DNA from: Gemmatimonadales bacterium
GTDB taxonomy: Bacteria > Gemmatimonadota > Gemmatimonadetes > Gemmatimonadales > GWC2-71-9
NCBI GenBank assembly: GCA_965249575.1
Contig: OZ252244.1
Span: 288,001 to 352,000, forward strand
Reading direction: 5' to 3'
Length of the DNA: 64,000 bases
In this document: in pieces, positions 1-10,357 of the stretch
How the letters are laid out: every line of letters begins with the position of its first letter
How positions within the stretch are numbered: position 1 is the stretch's first letter
Program-made: the position numbers and the translations under genes
Notes under the pieces: model-generated
Databases searched by the model: none
The model's input: only the letters and a program-made list of their open reading frames with translations
Told to the model about the DNA's origin: nothing

Positions 1-1206
1 GAACCGTTCGGCGATCTCCACCCGAGTCGTCTTCGCAAGGGCGCGCTCAATGGACGCCGCAGCCTCCCCGTACGCCACGACCGCCCTGCATCGCGTGCCG
101 ATGTCCGTGCCGAGTGAGCCGAAGTCCTCGCCCTTCGAGCGCCCGCCCAGGATTAACACGCACGAGCCCTCCACCGCACGCAGTGCCACCCGCACCGACG
201 CGGCGTTGGTAGCCTTCGAGTCGTTCAGCCATTGAATGCCACCGATCGCCGCCACGGGCTCAAGCCGGTGTGGGAGTGGTTGGAACGACTCGAGCCCCGC
301 CGTGAGCGCGGACGGATCGACGCCAGCCGCGCAAGCCGCCAGCGCCGCGGCTAGGGCGTTGGCAATGTTGTGATCCCCGAGTAGTGCGAGGCGCGGGCGC
401 GGCAGGACACCGGTTTCGTGAACGATCAGCCATTCAGCGTCGCGGTCGAACCACGCCGCGCTTTCCCGCTTCAGACTCCACTCCACGTGGTGTCCACGCA
501 CACCACGCGCGAGCTTTCGCGCCGCCGCGTCGTCCCCGTTGATTACCCAGGTGGATTCATCCGTCGCATTGCGAAACAGCTGGCGCTTGTCGCCGTGATA
601 CTCATCGACCGATGCATACCGATCCATGTGATCAGAGGCCAAGTTCGTCAGGACGCCGACAGCCGGCGAAAGGTGAGGGGCGTCGTGGAGCTGAAAAGAC
701 GAGGCCTCAACGGCAACCCAGTCGGGAGATGTCAGATCGCCGGCCAGCTCCACGAGCGGGCGCCCGATATTGCCAGCGGCGACCGCTCGGATGCCGGCGC
801 TCGTCAGCAGATGTGCGATCAGCGTGGTCGTGGTGGTCTTACCGTTGGTTCCCGTGACAACGATTAGGCGGGAGCCCGTGAGGGCGCCGGCGCCGAGGTC
901 GAGCTCAGAGACGATCTGGACGCCGGCAGCGCGGGCGGCCGCCAGCGGCGGGGCCCCGGGCGGAACGCCCGGGGAGACGATCAGGGCGGAGGCTCGTTGA
1001 ATGCGCTTCACATCGTGACCCCCGAACTCGACGCTGACTCCGGGGCCCGCCAGGGCGAGTGCGCGGTCCCGTCCTCGAGGACACTGCGCGACGTCGGACG
1101 CGTAGACGGGGACTCCCTGGCCTGCCAGGTACTCGACTGCGGCGACGCCCGACCGCGCCAAGCCAATGACCGCAACCTCCCCTTCACGCCATCTGGCGGA
1201 GATCAC
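1..1206 (-). CDS. murD: UDP-N-acetylmuramoyl-L-alanine--D-glutamate ligase (partial, runs off window)
   Basis: Not in ORF track. Hand translation from GTG 1206 (GTGA overlap with mraY stop) gives MISARWREGEVAVIGLARSGVA, then the VTGTNGKTTT P-loop and GNIG; position after mraY. Confidence 0.93.
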   Translation of the reverse strand, partial: MISARWREGEVAVIGLARSGVAAVEYLAGQGVPVYASDVAQCPRGRDRALALAGPGVSVEFGGHDVKRIQRASALIVSPGVPPGAPPLAAARAAGVQIVSELDLGAGALTGSRLIVVTGTNGKTTTTTLIAHLLTSAGIRAVAAGNIGRPLVELAGDLTSPDWVAVEASSFQLHDAPHLSPAVGVLTNLASDHMDRYASVDEYHGDKRQLFRNATDESTWVINGDDAAARKLARGVRGHHVEWSLKRESAAWFDRDAEWLIVHETGVLPRPRLALLGDHNIANALAAALAACAAGVDPSALTAGLESFQPLPHRLEPVAAIGGIQWLNDSKATNAASVRVALRAVEGSCVLILGGRSKGEDFGSLGTDIGTRCRAVVAYGEAAASIERALAKTTRVEIAERF

Positions 1207-2324
1207 CGGATCTTCAGCGTGGACAGGGCAAACAGCGCACACAGGATGCCCAAGATATAGAAACGGGTAACGACTTTCGGTTCCGCCCACCCCACCCGCT
1301 CGAAATGGTGGTGGAGCGGGGCCATGCGGAAGAAGCGGTGCTGCTCCGCATAGGTGCGGCCATGGCTGCGCCGCTGCATGCGGAAGACTCCCGTTTGAAT
1401 GATGACCGAGACCGCTTCCGCGGCGAACACGCCGCCGACGAGTAACAGCAAGAACTCCGACTTGAGCAGAATCGCCACCGTCCCGAATGCCCCTCCGATC
1501 GCGAGACTACCGGTGTCGCCCATGAACACCTGGGCCGGGTGGGCGTTGTACCATAGGAAGCCTAGGGCCGCGCCCATCAGGCTGCCGCAGAACACGGTCA
1601 GCTCGCCCGAGCCCCGCAAGTAGTACACGTTCAGGTACTCGGACGCGTCGACGCGGCCGAAGATGTACGCGAAGATCGCGAATGCCGCGGCCGCAATCAC
1701 CGTGAGTCCCGCCGCCAGGCCGTCGAGACCGTCGGTCAGGTTCACCGCGTTGCTCGAGGATGTGACGACCAAGGTTACGAAGAGCACGTAGACTACGGGA
1801 GGTAACACCACCAGCACGTATTTGAAGAACGGCAGCGTGGTGGCGTTCGGCGGCAGGTCGTTCGCCAAGGGGAAGAACAACAGGTACGCCCCCAGGCCCA
1901 CCCCGAACGTGATCTGGCCGACGAGCTTGTACCGCGCGATGAGCCCGCGGGATTTCCCCTCGACGAACTTCAAGTAATCGTCGATCAGCCCGATGCAGCC
2001 CATCCACAGCGTGGCCAGCACCGCCACGAATACGTACCGGTTGTCCCAGCGAGCCCACAGCAGGGTCGGAATCCCCATGCTGATCAGAATGATGACGCCA
2101 CCCATCGTCGGCGTACCGCGCTTGGCCTGATGGGAAGCCGGGCCGTCAGCACGCACGATCTGCCCGAGGTTGCGCTCCTTCAGGTACCGGATCGTGGACG
2201 GGCCGAAGAGGAACACGAGGAATACCGCCGTCGCGGTAGCACCGGCAGCACGAAACGTGATGTAGTTGAAGAGATTGAAGACCTGATAGTCGTCGGCCAG
2301 AGGAGCTAGGAAGTGATAGAGCAC
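1203..2324 (-). CDS. mraY: Phospho-N-acetylmuramoyl-pentapeptide transferase
   Basis: KRGTPTMGG, NAVNLTDGLDGLA, FMGDTGS, MAPLHHHFE motifs; multi-TM. Confidence 0.98.
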   Translation of the reverse strand: MLYHFLAPLADDYQVFNLFNYITFRAAGATATAVFLVFLFGPSTIRYLKERNLGQIVRADGPASHQAKRGTPTMGGVIILISMGIPTLLWARWDNRYVFVAVLATLWMGCIGLIDDYLKFVEGKSRGLIARYKLVGQITFGVGLGAYLLFFPLANDLPPNATTLPFFKYVLVVLPPVVYVLFVTLVVTSSSNAVNLTDGLDGLAAGLTVIAAAAFAIFAYIFGRVDASEYLNVYYLRGSGELTVFCGSLMGAALGFLWYNAHPAQVFMGDTGSLAIGGAFGTVAILLKSEFLLLLVGGVFAAEAVSVIIQTGVFRMQRRSHGRTYAEQHRFFRMAPLHHHFERVGWAEPKVVTRFYILGILCALFALSTLKIR

Positions 2325-3670
2325 GGGACCGCTGACTGAGGGATGAGGTGGGAGACGGCGCGCTCGAAGTGCACGCCGCGGGAGGCCTTCAGGAGAACGA
2401 GCTCGTCTCCCCGGAGGCGCCGGGCGAGGGTGCGCCCGACGGACTCAGCGTCGCCAACGGGGACGAGCCGCTTGCCAAGCCGAGCAGCATGGCGGGCAAA
2501 AGCAGGTGTAAAATCTCCAGTACACACGATCAGGTCCGGTTTCGATTCCACGACGTCTTCAGCCACCCGCTCATGCAGCGCCTCGCTGTCTGATCCCAGT
2601 TCGAGCATGGTCCCGATCCCGATGGCGAGCCGACGCTTGCCGCGCATCGCGCCCGCCGTGGCCAGCGCCGCGGCCACTGACGCGGGATTCGCGTTGTATG
2701 CGTCGTACAGTATGACGAGGTCGCCTGACCGCAAGATCTCACAACGGCCATGCGGGAGCCGAACTGCGGCGAGTGCCGCCGCTACTCGCCGCAGATCGAG
2801 CTCCAGCTCCTCGGCCAGCGCGAGCGCCAGCAACGCGTTCTCAGCTTGGTGACGTCCCGCCACGGGAAGCGCGGCACTGTGCCCGCGAAATCGGATCGTC
2901 GCCCGCACCTCGGCGTCTACCGTGCACGCCTCGGGGCGGACATCGGCCCAATCTGCGAAGCCCACTATCCGGGCACGCTGAGCGAGTTGCCTCGCGGCCT
3001 CTCCCAACGCCAACGGTTCGGTTCCCACGAGCGCAAGCGGCGCCGACCGCGCGAGTTCGGCCTTCTCGACAAGCACCTGTTCAATCGTACCGAAGCCGGC
3101 CAAGTGGCCCGCACTGATGTTCGTCACCACGGCGACAGATGGCTCGAGCACATCGCGCAGGCGGGCGATCTCACCCGGCACATTCGCGCCGCACTCCACG
3201 ACCAGCGCGTCGCAGTCTTCGGGCGCCTCGAGGAGCGTGAGGGGAACACCCACCAGATTATTCTGGTTTTCCACGGTCGCATGGACGCGAAACTTCGTGC
3301 CCAGGACGGACTCAACCATCGTGCGCGTCGTCGTCTTGCCGTTCGTGCCGGTGATACCGACAACCGGGCCACGGACTCGCCGGCGGCGGGCCCGCCCCAG
3401 CCTACCGAGAGCGTCGAGCGTGTCATCCACCTCGAACAGGGGAAGCCCCTCCAGAGGCGGCGTCCCGCGGCGGACGACCGCACCCGATGCGCCGGCCCGT
3501 TTTGCCGCGTCCAGAAAGTCGTGTGCGTCGAACCGCTCGCCCTCGAGCGCGACGAACAGCGCACCGGGTTCGAGGGTCCGGGTGTCCGTGCGGATCGACG
3601 CGAAGGACTGAACGGGAGCGGAGTCGAGTCCGAGCGCCCGCGCTACATCAGTCCCGCTCCAACGACTCAC
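2306..3670 (-). CDS. murF: UDP-MurNAc-tripeptide--D-Ala-D-Ala ligase
   Basis: ITGTNGKTTT, DAYNANPAS, MLELG, LLKASRG motifs; dcw order. Confidence 0.96.
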   Translation of the reverse strand: MSRWSGTDVARALGLDSAPVQSFASIRTDTRTLEPGALFVALEGERFDAHDFLDAAKRAGASGAVVRRGTPPLEGLPLFEVDDTLDALGRLGRARRRRVRGPVVGITGTNGKTTTRTMVESVLGTKFRVHATVENQNNLVGVPLTLLEAPEDCDALVVECGANVPGEIARLRDVLEPSVAVVTNISAGHLAGFGTIEQVLVEKAELARSAPLALVGTEPLALGEAARQLAQRARIVGFADWADVRPEACTVDAEVRATIRFRGHSAALPVAGRHQAENALLALALAEELELDLRRVAAALAAVRLPHGRCEILRSGDLVILYDAYNANPASVAAALATAGAMRGKRRLAIGIGTMLELGSDSEALHERVAEDVVESKPDLIVCTGDFTPAFARHAARLGKRLVPVGDAESVGRTLARRLRGDELVLLKASRGVHFERAVSHLIPQSAVPCSITS

Positions 3671-5133
3671 GTTCGCTCCCGCTCGGCCACCAGCTCCCTG
3701 ACGACCTCTCGCTCGTCAAACGGGCGTTTCTCCGTGCCGACCACTTGATAGGTCTCGTGCCCCTTGCCGGCCAGGAGGAGGCAGTCCCCGGGGTCGAGTA
3801 GTGGTATGGCACGTTCGATCGCTTCGCGCCGGTCGGTAATGCGCAGGTGGTCGGTACCCGCCATGCCCTCCTCGATCTCATCGATTATGCAATCAGGGTC
3901 TTCAGTGCGAGGATTGTCCGACGTGGCGATGGCGAGATCGGCCCCGTCGGCGGCGATGCGCCCCATCACGGGACGCTTGGCCCGATCGCGGTCCCCGCCA
4001 CACCCGAACAGCACGACGAGTCGCCCCGGAGTTATAGCACGGAGAGTCTTGATCGCCCGATCGAGCGCGTCCGGTGTGTGCGAGTAGTCGCGCAAAATCA
4101 CCCATCCGTCGGCTGCTATTTTCTCGAGGCGCCCGGGAACCTGCGGAGCCTCAGCCAGGCAGGCAACAATGGTCTCAGGGTCCCGCTTGAGAGCCCAAGC
4201 GAGCGCGCAGCCTGCCAGTACGTTGCTGACGTTGAACGCCCCAATGAGCGGCGTCGTGGCCCGAAGCTGCGCGGATCCGAAGGTCAGCACCATCGTCGTG
4301 GACTCCGCCCCCAGCTCGATCCCACGCGCGTGTACGTGACAGCCACCGACTGTCCCATACCGCACCCGCCGAAGTCTCGGGTCCTCGGGCAACTCGTCCC
4401 ATGCCGAGTCGTCGGCATTGACGATCTCCATTCCGCCGTCTCGCACAGCCCCGGACAACCGCATCTTCGCTTCCCGGTACGCTCCCATGTCCCCGTGGTA
4501 GTCCAGGTGGTCGTGTGAGAGGTTCGTGTAAACGCCCGCACGAAGCTGCAGCCCTTCGATTCGGCGTTGGTCCAGAGCGTGGGAGGATACTTCCACGATC
4601 GTGGTGCGCACGCCCTCCCGGGCCAGACGGGACAGGGTGTCGTACAGATCGAACACGCCGGGTGTGGTGAGCGTGGGCGCGTTCGGGAGGGGTTGCTCTG
4701 CCCCGTCCACGGTTCCCAGAGTCCCAATCGATCCAGCGGTGTTCCCCTCATTCAGGAGGTGCCGGCTGAGCACCACCGTCGTGGACTTCCCGTTCGTTCC
4801 CGTCACCCCGACCAGATCCATCGCGCGCTCGGGATGTCCATACCACTCACCGGCGATGAGCGCCGCCGCGGTACGGCTGTCCTTCACCTGCACCTGCGGG
4901 ATTGGCACGTCTTGCGGATGCATCACGATCGCGGCGGTCGCCCCGCGCTGAACTGCGTCCGCGACAAAGCGATGGCCGTCGTCGGCCGACCCCGGAATGG
5001 CGCAAAACAGGCCACCGGTCACCACACGTCGTGAATCATCTGTGACCCCGTGCAGCGGAGGCGAGCGGTCCGGAGCACTCACGACTTGGCCAGCCCGCTC
5101 GAGCGCCCACACGATCCGATCCAAGTCGGTCAT
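3667..5133 (-). CDS. murE: UDP-MurNAc-L-Ala-D-Glu--2,6-diaminopimelate ligase
   Basis: VTGTNGKST, EVSSHAL, DYSHTPDA, FGCGGDRD, DNPR (mDAP-type) motifs; start set at ATG 5133 (ATGA overlap with ftsI stop). Confidence 0.96.
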   Translation of the reverse strand: MTDLDRIVWALERAGQVVSAPDRSPPLHGVTDDSRRVVTGGLFCAIPGSADDGHRFVADAVQRGATAAIVMHPQDVPIPQVQVKDSRTAAALIAGEWYGHPERAMDLVGVTGTNGKSTTVVLSRHLLNEGNTAGSIGTLGTVDGAEQPLPNAPTLTTPGVFDLYDTLSRLAREGVRTTIVEVSSHALDQRRIEGLQLRAGVYTNLSHDHLDYHGDMGAYREAKMRLSGAVRDGGMEIVNADDSAWDELPEDPRLRRVRYGTVGGCHVHARGIELGAESTTMVLTFGSAQLRATTPLIGAFNVSNVLAGCALAWALKRDPETIVACLAEAPQVPGRLEKIAADGWVILRDYSHTPDALDRAIKTLRAITPGRLVVLFGCGGDRDRAKRPVMGRIAADGADLAIATSDNPRTEDPDCIIDEIEEGMAGTDHLRITDRREAIERAIPLLDPGDCLLLAGKGHETYQVVGTEKRPFDEREVVRELVAERERT

Positions 5134-7049
5134 CTGCCGTCCCGCGCAACGAGACGGACGACGGCTCCAGGCGGCACGCGCGCACCGGGATCCGGGTGGA
5201 CTTCGACGACACGTCCCCACCCGCGGACATCGACCGACACCCCCTCACGATGCAATCGTCCTACCGCGGCGCGCAGGCTCATCCCGATGACATCGGGCAC
5301 GACTTTCGGCTCGGGCGGCATCGCGGTGCGCTTAGTCGGCCACGCGACGATATGAGGAACAGTTCCGGCATCCAACAGGGGATTCGGTCGAGGGGCAGTC
5401 CGGGTCCCGGCCAGCTCAGCCCTGTCGAGGCTCCCCGAGCGAGCCGCGAGAAGCTGCTCGATCACGGCTCGGGTCACGGGCGCGGCCGTCACCCGGGCGT
5501 ACACGCCCTTGGGATCGTCGAGCTTCACTACCATCACCAATTGCGGCCGGTCTGCCGGGAACATGGACGCGAAGCTCGCGGTGTAAGAACCTGGAATGTA
5601 CCCCCCCCGGCCCGATCGCCGTGCCGTACCGGTCTTGCCGGCAATCTCATCGCTCGTGAGGGCGGCTGTCGTACCGGTTCCGCCGGCGTACACCACGTCA
5701 CGGAGCATTTTTCTGAGTTCCCGTGCAACCTCGGGCGTCACGACTTGCCGCACCGGCGCGGGCACATGCTCGTACACTACACGCCCACTCGCATCGCGCA
5801 CCAACTTCAGGAGCGTGGGCTGCAACAACACACCATCGTATGCGATGGCGGCATACGCCTGGGCGAGCTGTAATGGCGTAACCGCCACCTCATAACCCAT
5901 CGCGAGACTAGCCGCCGACGTACCGCTCCACTGGTGCGGACGAGGCAGGAGCCCACGCGACTCCGCAGGGAACTCGACGCCCGTCTGGGAGCCGAGTCCG
6001 AAGTCTCGTAGCGTTTCGTACAGTTCCGCAGGCGTCAGGCGCGATGCGAATTTGACGATCCCGATGTTGCTGGAAACGGCAACGGCACGCCGCAAAGTCA
6101 GGCGCACCTCTGCATGCTCGTCCCGGATCGTGCGCCGGCCCAGTCGGTAGACGCCATTCTCCCCCTTCACCGCGTCGGAGGGTCCTACACGGCTTCTCAT
6201 CAGCAGGCCCGCGGCAGCGAAGAGTTTCGCGGTCGATCCGGGCTCGAAGACCGAAGTGAAGGCCGACGGTGGTGCACCTCCGTCCGCGCGGCGTGAGGCC
6301 ACGGCAAGGAGCTCGCCACTCTCCGGCTCGATGACTACGATATCACCCCCGTCGGCCTCAAATCGCTCGATCGCGTCTTCCAGCGCGCGTTCGACGATGT
6401 CCTGTAGCTCCGCGTCGATCGTGAGCGTGACGTCGTGCCCCGGTCTTGGGAATGCGTCGAGACGAGACGGAGATTCGTACCGCCGGCCGCGCCCATCCCG
6501 GATGACGACCGCGGCGCCCGGCGCCCCAGCGAGTAGCGAATCCAGTGACCGCTCGAGACCGTCTGCCGGCCGGCCTTCGGCTTCTGGCCGACCCAGGATG
6601 GCACGCGCCAGGTCGGGATCGGGATGGAATCGGATCAACTCGCCCGTAAGGTGCACACCACGCACGGACGTGAGGGTCTGGACCTGACTCGACGTAAAGG
6701 GACCGTGGAAATAGGCATATCGTCGCCGTAACGCACGACCGACCTGCCCCCTGGAGAGGCCAAGATGCGTCGCGATGGTGCGAGCGTCTTTTGCCTGGTC
6801 TCGCAACTCATTCGGAGCGACACCCACGTGATACACTTCCTGCGTCAACGCCAGTGGGGTCCCACTCCGATCGAAGATGGCTCCGCGACGGCCCGGCAGC
6901 ACGACGCGTTCGGTTCGTCGTGCCTCGGCCTCGGCCGCCAAGTCCACGCCTCGAATGAGCTGAACCTGGACCATCTTGGCAAGGAGGCCGACGATGCCCA
7001 GACCAAACGCGATCTCGACGACTCGGAGCCGCACCGCCGGCTTCGCCAC
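5130..7049 (-). CDS. ftsI: Class B penicillin-binding protein (FtsI/PBP3) with C-terminal PASTA domain
   Basis: N-terminal TM, RRGAIFDR, EPGSTAK (SxxK), SSN, KTG motifs, PASTA-like VPDVIGMSL. Confidence 0.93.
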   Translation of the reverse strand: MAKPAVRLRVVEIAFGLGIVGLLAKMVQVQLIRGVDLAAEAEARRTERVVLPGRRGAIFDRSGTPLALTQEVYHVGVAPNELRDQAKDARTIATHLGLSRGQVGRALRRRYAYFHGPFTSSQVQTLTSVRGVHLTGELIRFHPDPDLARAILGRPEAEGRPADGLERSLDSLLAGAPGAAVVIRDGRGRRYESPSRLDAFPRPGHDVTLTIDAELQDIVERALEDAIERFEADGGDIVVIEPESGELLAVASRRADGGAPPSAFTSVFEPGSTAKLFAAAGLLMRSRVGPSDAVKGENGVYRLGRRTIRDEHAEVRLTLRRAVAVSSNIGIVKFASRLTPAELYETLRDFGLGSQTGVEFPAESRGLLPRPHQWSGTSAASLAMGYEVAVTPLQLAQAYAAIAYDGVLLQPTLLKLVRDASGRVVYEHVPAPVRQVVTPEVARELRKMLRDVVYAGGTGTTAALTSDEIAGKTGTARRSGRGGYIPGSYTASFASMFPADRPQLVMVVKLDDPKGVYARVTAAPVTRAVIEQLLAARSGSLDRAELAGTRTAPRPNPLLDAGTVPHIVAWPTKRTAMPPEPKVVPDVIGMSLRAAVGRLHREGVSVDVRGWGRVVEVHPDPGARVPPGAVVRLVARDGR

Positions 7050-7052
7050 CTC

Positions 7053-7358
7053 TCAGCGCCTCTCAGGATCGGGTATTCGCAAGATGACGATCTCGCTATC
7101 CGCCGGCAGCCGGAGACCCAGGGCCTCCGCCCTGGGTATCAAGACCCCCCGGCTCCGCGCGCCTCGCACCCGCCGTTGCAACTCGGCTTTTCGAGCCTCC
7201 AGAAGCGACCGGGCGTTCCTCGCCTCGGCGAGGCGCGCGGCCGTCGCTACCGACGTCGTCTGCCGAGCGACGACCCACGCGAGCGCCACGAGGAAGAACA
7301 GCAGCCAAAGTGCCAACCAGTACCGCCCTCGTGCGGGTGCCCTCCTCTTAGCAACCAT
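7053..7358 (-). CDS. ftsL: Probable cell division protein FtsL
   Basis: 101 aa with basic N-terminus, one TM and a coiled coil; lies between rsmH and ftsI. Confidence 0.7.
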   Translation of the reverse strand: MVAKRRAPARGRYWLALWLLFFLVALAWVVARQTTSVATAARLAEARNARSLLEARKAELQRRVRGARSRGVLIPRAEALGLRLPADSEIVILRIPDPERR

Positions 7359-8259
7359 TGGCCTTGCGGAACCCCCTCAGCCGCGCGCTCCGAGCACGAG
7401 GGTTCGTCGCAACTTCCGAGTCCGTCGCCCGGACTCCCTTCCGGATGGTCAGCTCGCCAAGCGCCCGTCCGCGACAGGTACAGACCGGTAGCCGCGGCGG
7501 ACACACGCACCAGCGCGCCCACTCCGCGAACGCCTCCTTGGCCGCGCGGTCTTCACCCGAATGGTAACTAATGACGGCAATTGTTCCTCCGGGCACCAGC
7601 GCATCCCTCAAGGTCGGCAGCGCGATTCTGAGGGACTCGAGCTCGCCATTGACCTCGATACGAAGGGCCTGAAACAGTCTCGCAAAATCCCCGGGACCGG
7701 AGCGGGAGCCCAGTGCGGCCCGAATGGCGTTGACGAAGTCGTCACTAGTCGTGAGGGGCCGGTTTTCGCGCCGTCGAATCACGATGCCGGCCAGGCGTCG
7801 GGCTCGTCGCTCGTCCGCGTAGTCCCGGAATATTCTCGCGAGCTCGACTTGTGGGCGGCGATTCAGCACCTCGGCCGCGGTTTCACCCCGACCGACCTCC
7901 ATACGCATGTCGAGCGGGACCCCCGGTCGGAAGGTGAAACCGCGACTGTCCTGATCGAGTTGTCGGGACGAGACGCCCAAATCGAGGAGGACCATGTCGG
8001 GCTTGAAGTCGCGAACAGCAGCGAGGACGTCCGGTGAGGCGAACGATCCCCCGAGCCATTGGATGCGGCCGTCGTCGAGGCGTCCGCGCGCGACACGAAG
8101 CGCGTCGGGGTCGCGATCCACCGCCAGCACCCGGGCGCCCGCCTCGAGAAAGAGGCGAGTGTGCCCCCCGTCACCCACGGTGCAGTCGACGACTCGTTTC
8201 CGGTCCTGAGCGAACCGGCTCACTTCTTCTCCCAGCACCGGGGCGTGGTACTCAGGCAT
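7348..8259 (-). CDS. rsmH: 16S rRNA m4C1402 methyltransferase
   Basis: HAPVL, DLGVSS, PLDMRM, FQALRIEVN, ISYHSGEDR, NPRARSARLR. Confidence 0.97.
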   Translation of the reverse strand: MPEYHAPVLGEEVSRFAQDRKRVVDCTVGDGGHTRLFLEAGARVLAVDRDPDALRVARGRLDDGRIQWLGGSFASPDVLAAVRDFKPDMVLLDLGVSSRQLDQDSRGFTFRPGVPLDMRMEVGRGETAAEVLNRRPQVELARIFRDYADERRARRLAGIVIRRRENRPLTTSDDFVNAIRAALGSRSGPGDFARLFQALRIEVNGELESLRIALPTLRDALVPGGTIAVISYHSGEDRAAKEAFAEWARWCVCPPRLPVCTCRGRALGELTIRKGVRATDSEVATNPRARSARLRGFRKANGC

Positions 8260-8336
8260 AGTTCACGACACGGCAAACGAATGGCCCCGCATGCCAGGCA
8301 TGCGGGGCCACTTCGGACCGAACCACGTCGAACGCA

Positions 8337-8410
8337 CGGGGCTGACGGGATTTGAACCCGCGGCCTCCGGTGTGACAGACCGGCACTCTAACCAGCTGAG
8401 CTACAGCCCC
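8337..8410 (-). tRNA. tRNA-Asp(GTC)
   Basis: Reverse complement GGGGCTGTAGCTCAGCTGGTTAGAGTG-CCGGT-CTGTCAC-ACCGG-AGGCCGCGGGTTCAAATCCCGTCAGCCCCG folds as a cloverleaf; CCA not encoded. Confidence 0.96.
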
Positions 8411-8461
8411 CCATTGCCAAACCCCAAGTATATACCGGTCTCCACACCGCCTCAACCGTGA

Positions 8462-10189
8462 CTAGCTGCACTTATAGGCCGTCAGGGCTTGCGGAAGGAA
8501 TTCCTCGTATCGCGCCAGATTCCCGAGCACCTGATTTGCGGTCTCCGGCTGAACGCTCGCGCCGGCCGTCATTGCGTTCTTCGCGTTCGACACCAAGCCC
8601 TGCAACTCTCGGAGCGGACCGCATTCCTTTGTCTGTACGTCCTTGGTCCCGAGAACGAATAGATAGCTGAGCCCCTTGAAGAAATTGGCCTGCGTCGTCA
8701 ACTGCCCCTGGACGTCGTGTGTCAGCGACTTATCGAGCAGCATGATCGCGAGCTCGGGTTGTATGCGGGCCTGCACAAGCTTCGTGGCCGGCTGCAGATA
8801 CAGGACCGCGACGTTCATACTGTGCCCTTCGTCGTCGGATATCTGCGTAACGCGCGTCAGGAGCGAATCCGCTGTTGCGATCGCGGTCGTATCGAGCGGA
8901 GCAACGCTGTCGATGACGAGATCTTCGAGAATGATCTGAGCGGCCGTGAGCGGGCTCGCCACGTCCTGCGGGTCCAGCGAGCTCACGCGCAGGTAGGCGA
9001 TCCTGGCCGAATCCCGGAGGCCCGCTTGTCTGAGTGCGCCCGCGTGCGCGCGCCAGAACGGAACGGACGACGGGGCGTGCTCAGCGGCTTCACCGGACCA
9101 CTCCAGCAGCGCAGCCGAATCGGACAGCGCCTGAACCACACCCACGATCTTGGAGTAGAAAATCGTGTCCCCGACGAGGCTCGAGTCGACATCGTACTGA
9201 ACCACGAGCGCGTCCCTGGCACACGCCCAACTCTTGTTTTCGAGGCAAGCCCGTTCTTTCAACTGCAGGCTGGTCATGTCGCCGGGGCTGCGGGCAAGGC
9301 CTTCGTCGAGCAAGCCGATCGTCCGCTCGTAGTCCTTCGCCTGAAAGAACATCGCCGCGACGGACAGGCGCCGCCGGAGGTCCGTGGGATTGGCCGCCAC
9401 GTTCTTCGCGAACGCCTCGGCCGCGAGCAGCGTATCTCCACGAGTCTGATACAAGCGGCCGAGCTGCTCCCACGCCCTACCCAGCAGCGAGTCACCCGCC
9501 ACCGCGCGTTCGAGCATTGCAACCTGACTGTCAGCCTGTTGGGTCATCTGAAACACTTCGGCCGCGCATACCGCCGAGGACGGATGGTTCGGATACATCC
9601 GAAACGCGCGCTCGGCCCGATCGCGAGCGCTTCCGAGCTCACGTCGCACCCGCCGCTCCACGCAATCGCGTGCGTGCTCGGCCGCCTTGACCTGGCTGTC
9701 GAGCGAATCCACGATGACGTTGACCAGTTTCTCCGTCGTGAGGCCAGGCTGGGGATCGACGCTGAGCCAGCCAGACAGTCCCGAGCTGCGTTGATCGACG
9801 AGATGCAGCATGATTTGCGACGCCGAGTTCCGTGACAGCCGTCCCTCGATGTAGGCATCAGTGTTCATGAACGTCGCTAGCTGGCTCGCCCCGTTCGCGT
9901 CGAGCAGCGCATCGGGAGAGAAGCCGGACGAAGCGAGTGCCTCGCTGATCTGGTCCTTCGCCACGATTCGGAGCTTCAGCCGCATCTTGCCGTCCATCCG
10001 CTTTCGAATCGCATCGCCCAACTGAATCGCGTACGCCGAATCTTCCTCGGACTCCGGAAGTGGTGGAAGCACGAGTACCGACTGTCGATTGCGGCCCTGA
10101 GCGTAGAGGCCATCACTCACGAGCGGTGACACCCCCACCGCCACGGCGACCATCACGAGCGCACCGCGAATCATCACATTAGGCTGCAC
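8462..10189 (-). CDS. Secreted TPR-repeat protein with N-terminal alpha/beta domain
   Basis: Signal-like N-terminus, TPR-type helices (AWEQLGRLYQTRGD). GTG 10189 follows a GGAGG; the ORF-track start abuts the tRNA. Confidence 0.75.
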   Translation of the reverse strand: MQPNVMIRGALVMVAVAVGVSPLVSDGLYAQGRNRQSVLVLPPLPESEEDSAYAIQLGDAIRKRMDGKMRLKLRIVAKDQISEALASSGFSPDALLDANGASQLATFMNTDAYIEGRLSRNSASQIMLHLVDQRSSGLSGWLSVDPQPGLTTEKLVNVIVDSLDSQVKAAEHARDCVERRVRRELGSARDRAERAFRMYPNHPSSAVCAAEVFQMTQQADSQVAMLERAVAGDSLLGRAWEQLGRLYQTRGDTLLAAEAFAKNVAANPTDLRRRLSVAAMFFQAKDYERTIGLLDEGLARSPGDMTSLQLKERACLENKSWACARDALVVQYDVDSSLVGDTIFYSKIVGVVQALSDSAALLEWSGEAAEHAPSSVPFWRAHAGALRQAGLRDSARIAYLRVSSLDPQDVASPLTAAQIILEDLVIDSVAPLDTTAIATADSLLTRVTQISDDEGHSMNVAVLYLQPATKLVQARIQPELAIMLLDKSLTHDVQGQLTTQANFFKGLSYLFVLGTKDVQTKECGPLRELQGLVSNAKNAMTAGASVQPETANQVLGNLARYEEFLPQALTAYKCS

Positions 10190-10263
10190 GGCCAGCGACC
10201 TCCGAGTTTGAACACTTCCCCCACTAATATGACCCTTCGATGCGCGTGCGTGTTCCACCCGCA

Positions 10264-10338
10264 TGGGCGAAGAGGGATTCGAACCCCCGACATCCTGCGT
10301 GTAAAGCAGGCGCTCTGGACCAGCTGAGCTATTCGCCC
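10264..10338 (-). tRNA. tRNA-Val(TAC)
   Basis: Reverse complement GGGCGAATAGCTCAGCTGGTCCAGAGCG-CCTGC-TTTACAC-GCAGG-ATGTCGGGGGTTCGAATCCCTCTTCGCCCA cloverleaf. Confidence 0.96.
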
Positions 10339-10357
10339 GCAGGGGCCTCGGTCCTCG

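Noticed and set aside
8252..8455. 67-aa ORF over the rsmH upstream region, and ORFs across 10174-10497
   Set aside because: They overlap well-formed tRNA genes and are shadow ORFs.
8337..10338. tRNA-flanked segment as an integrated element
   Set aside because: No integrase, no duplicated tRNA 3' end, and the two tRNAs are different species.
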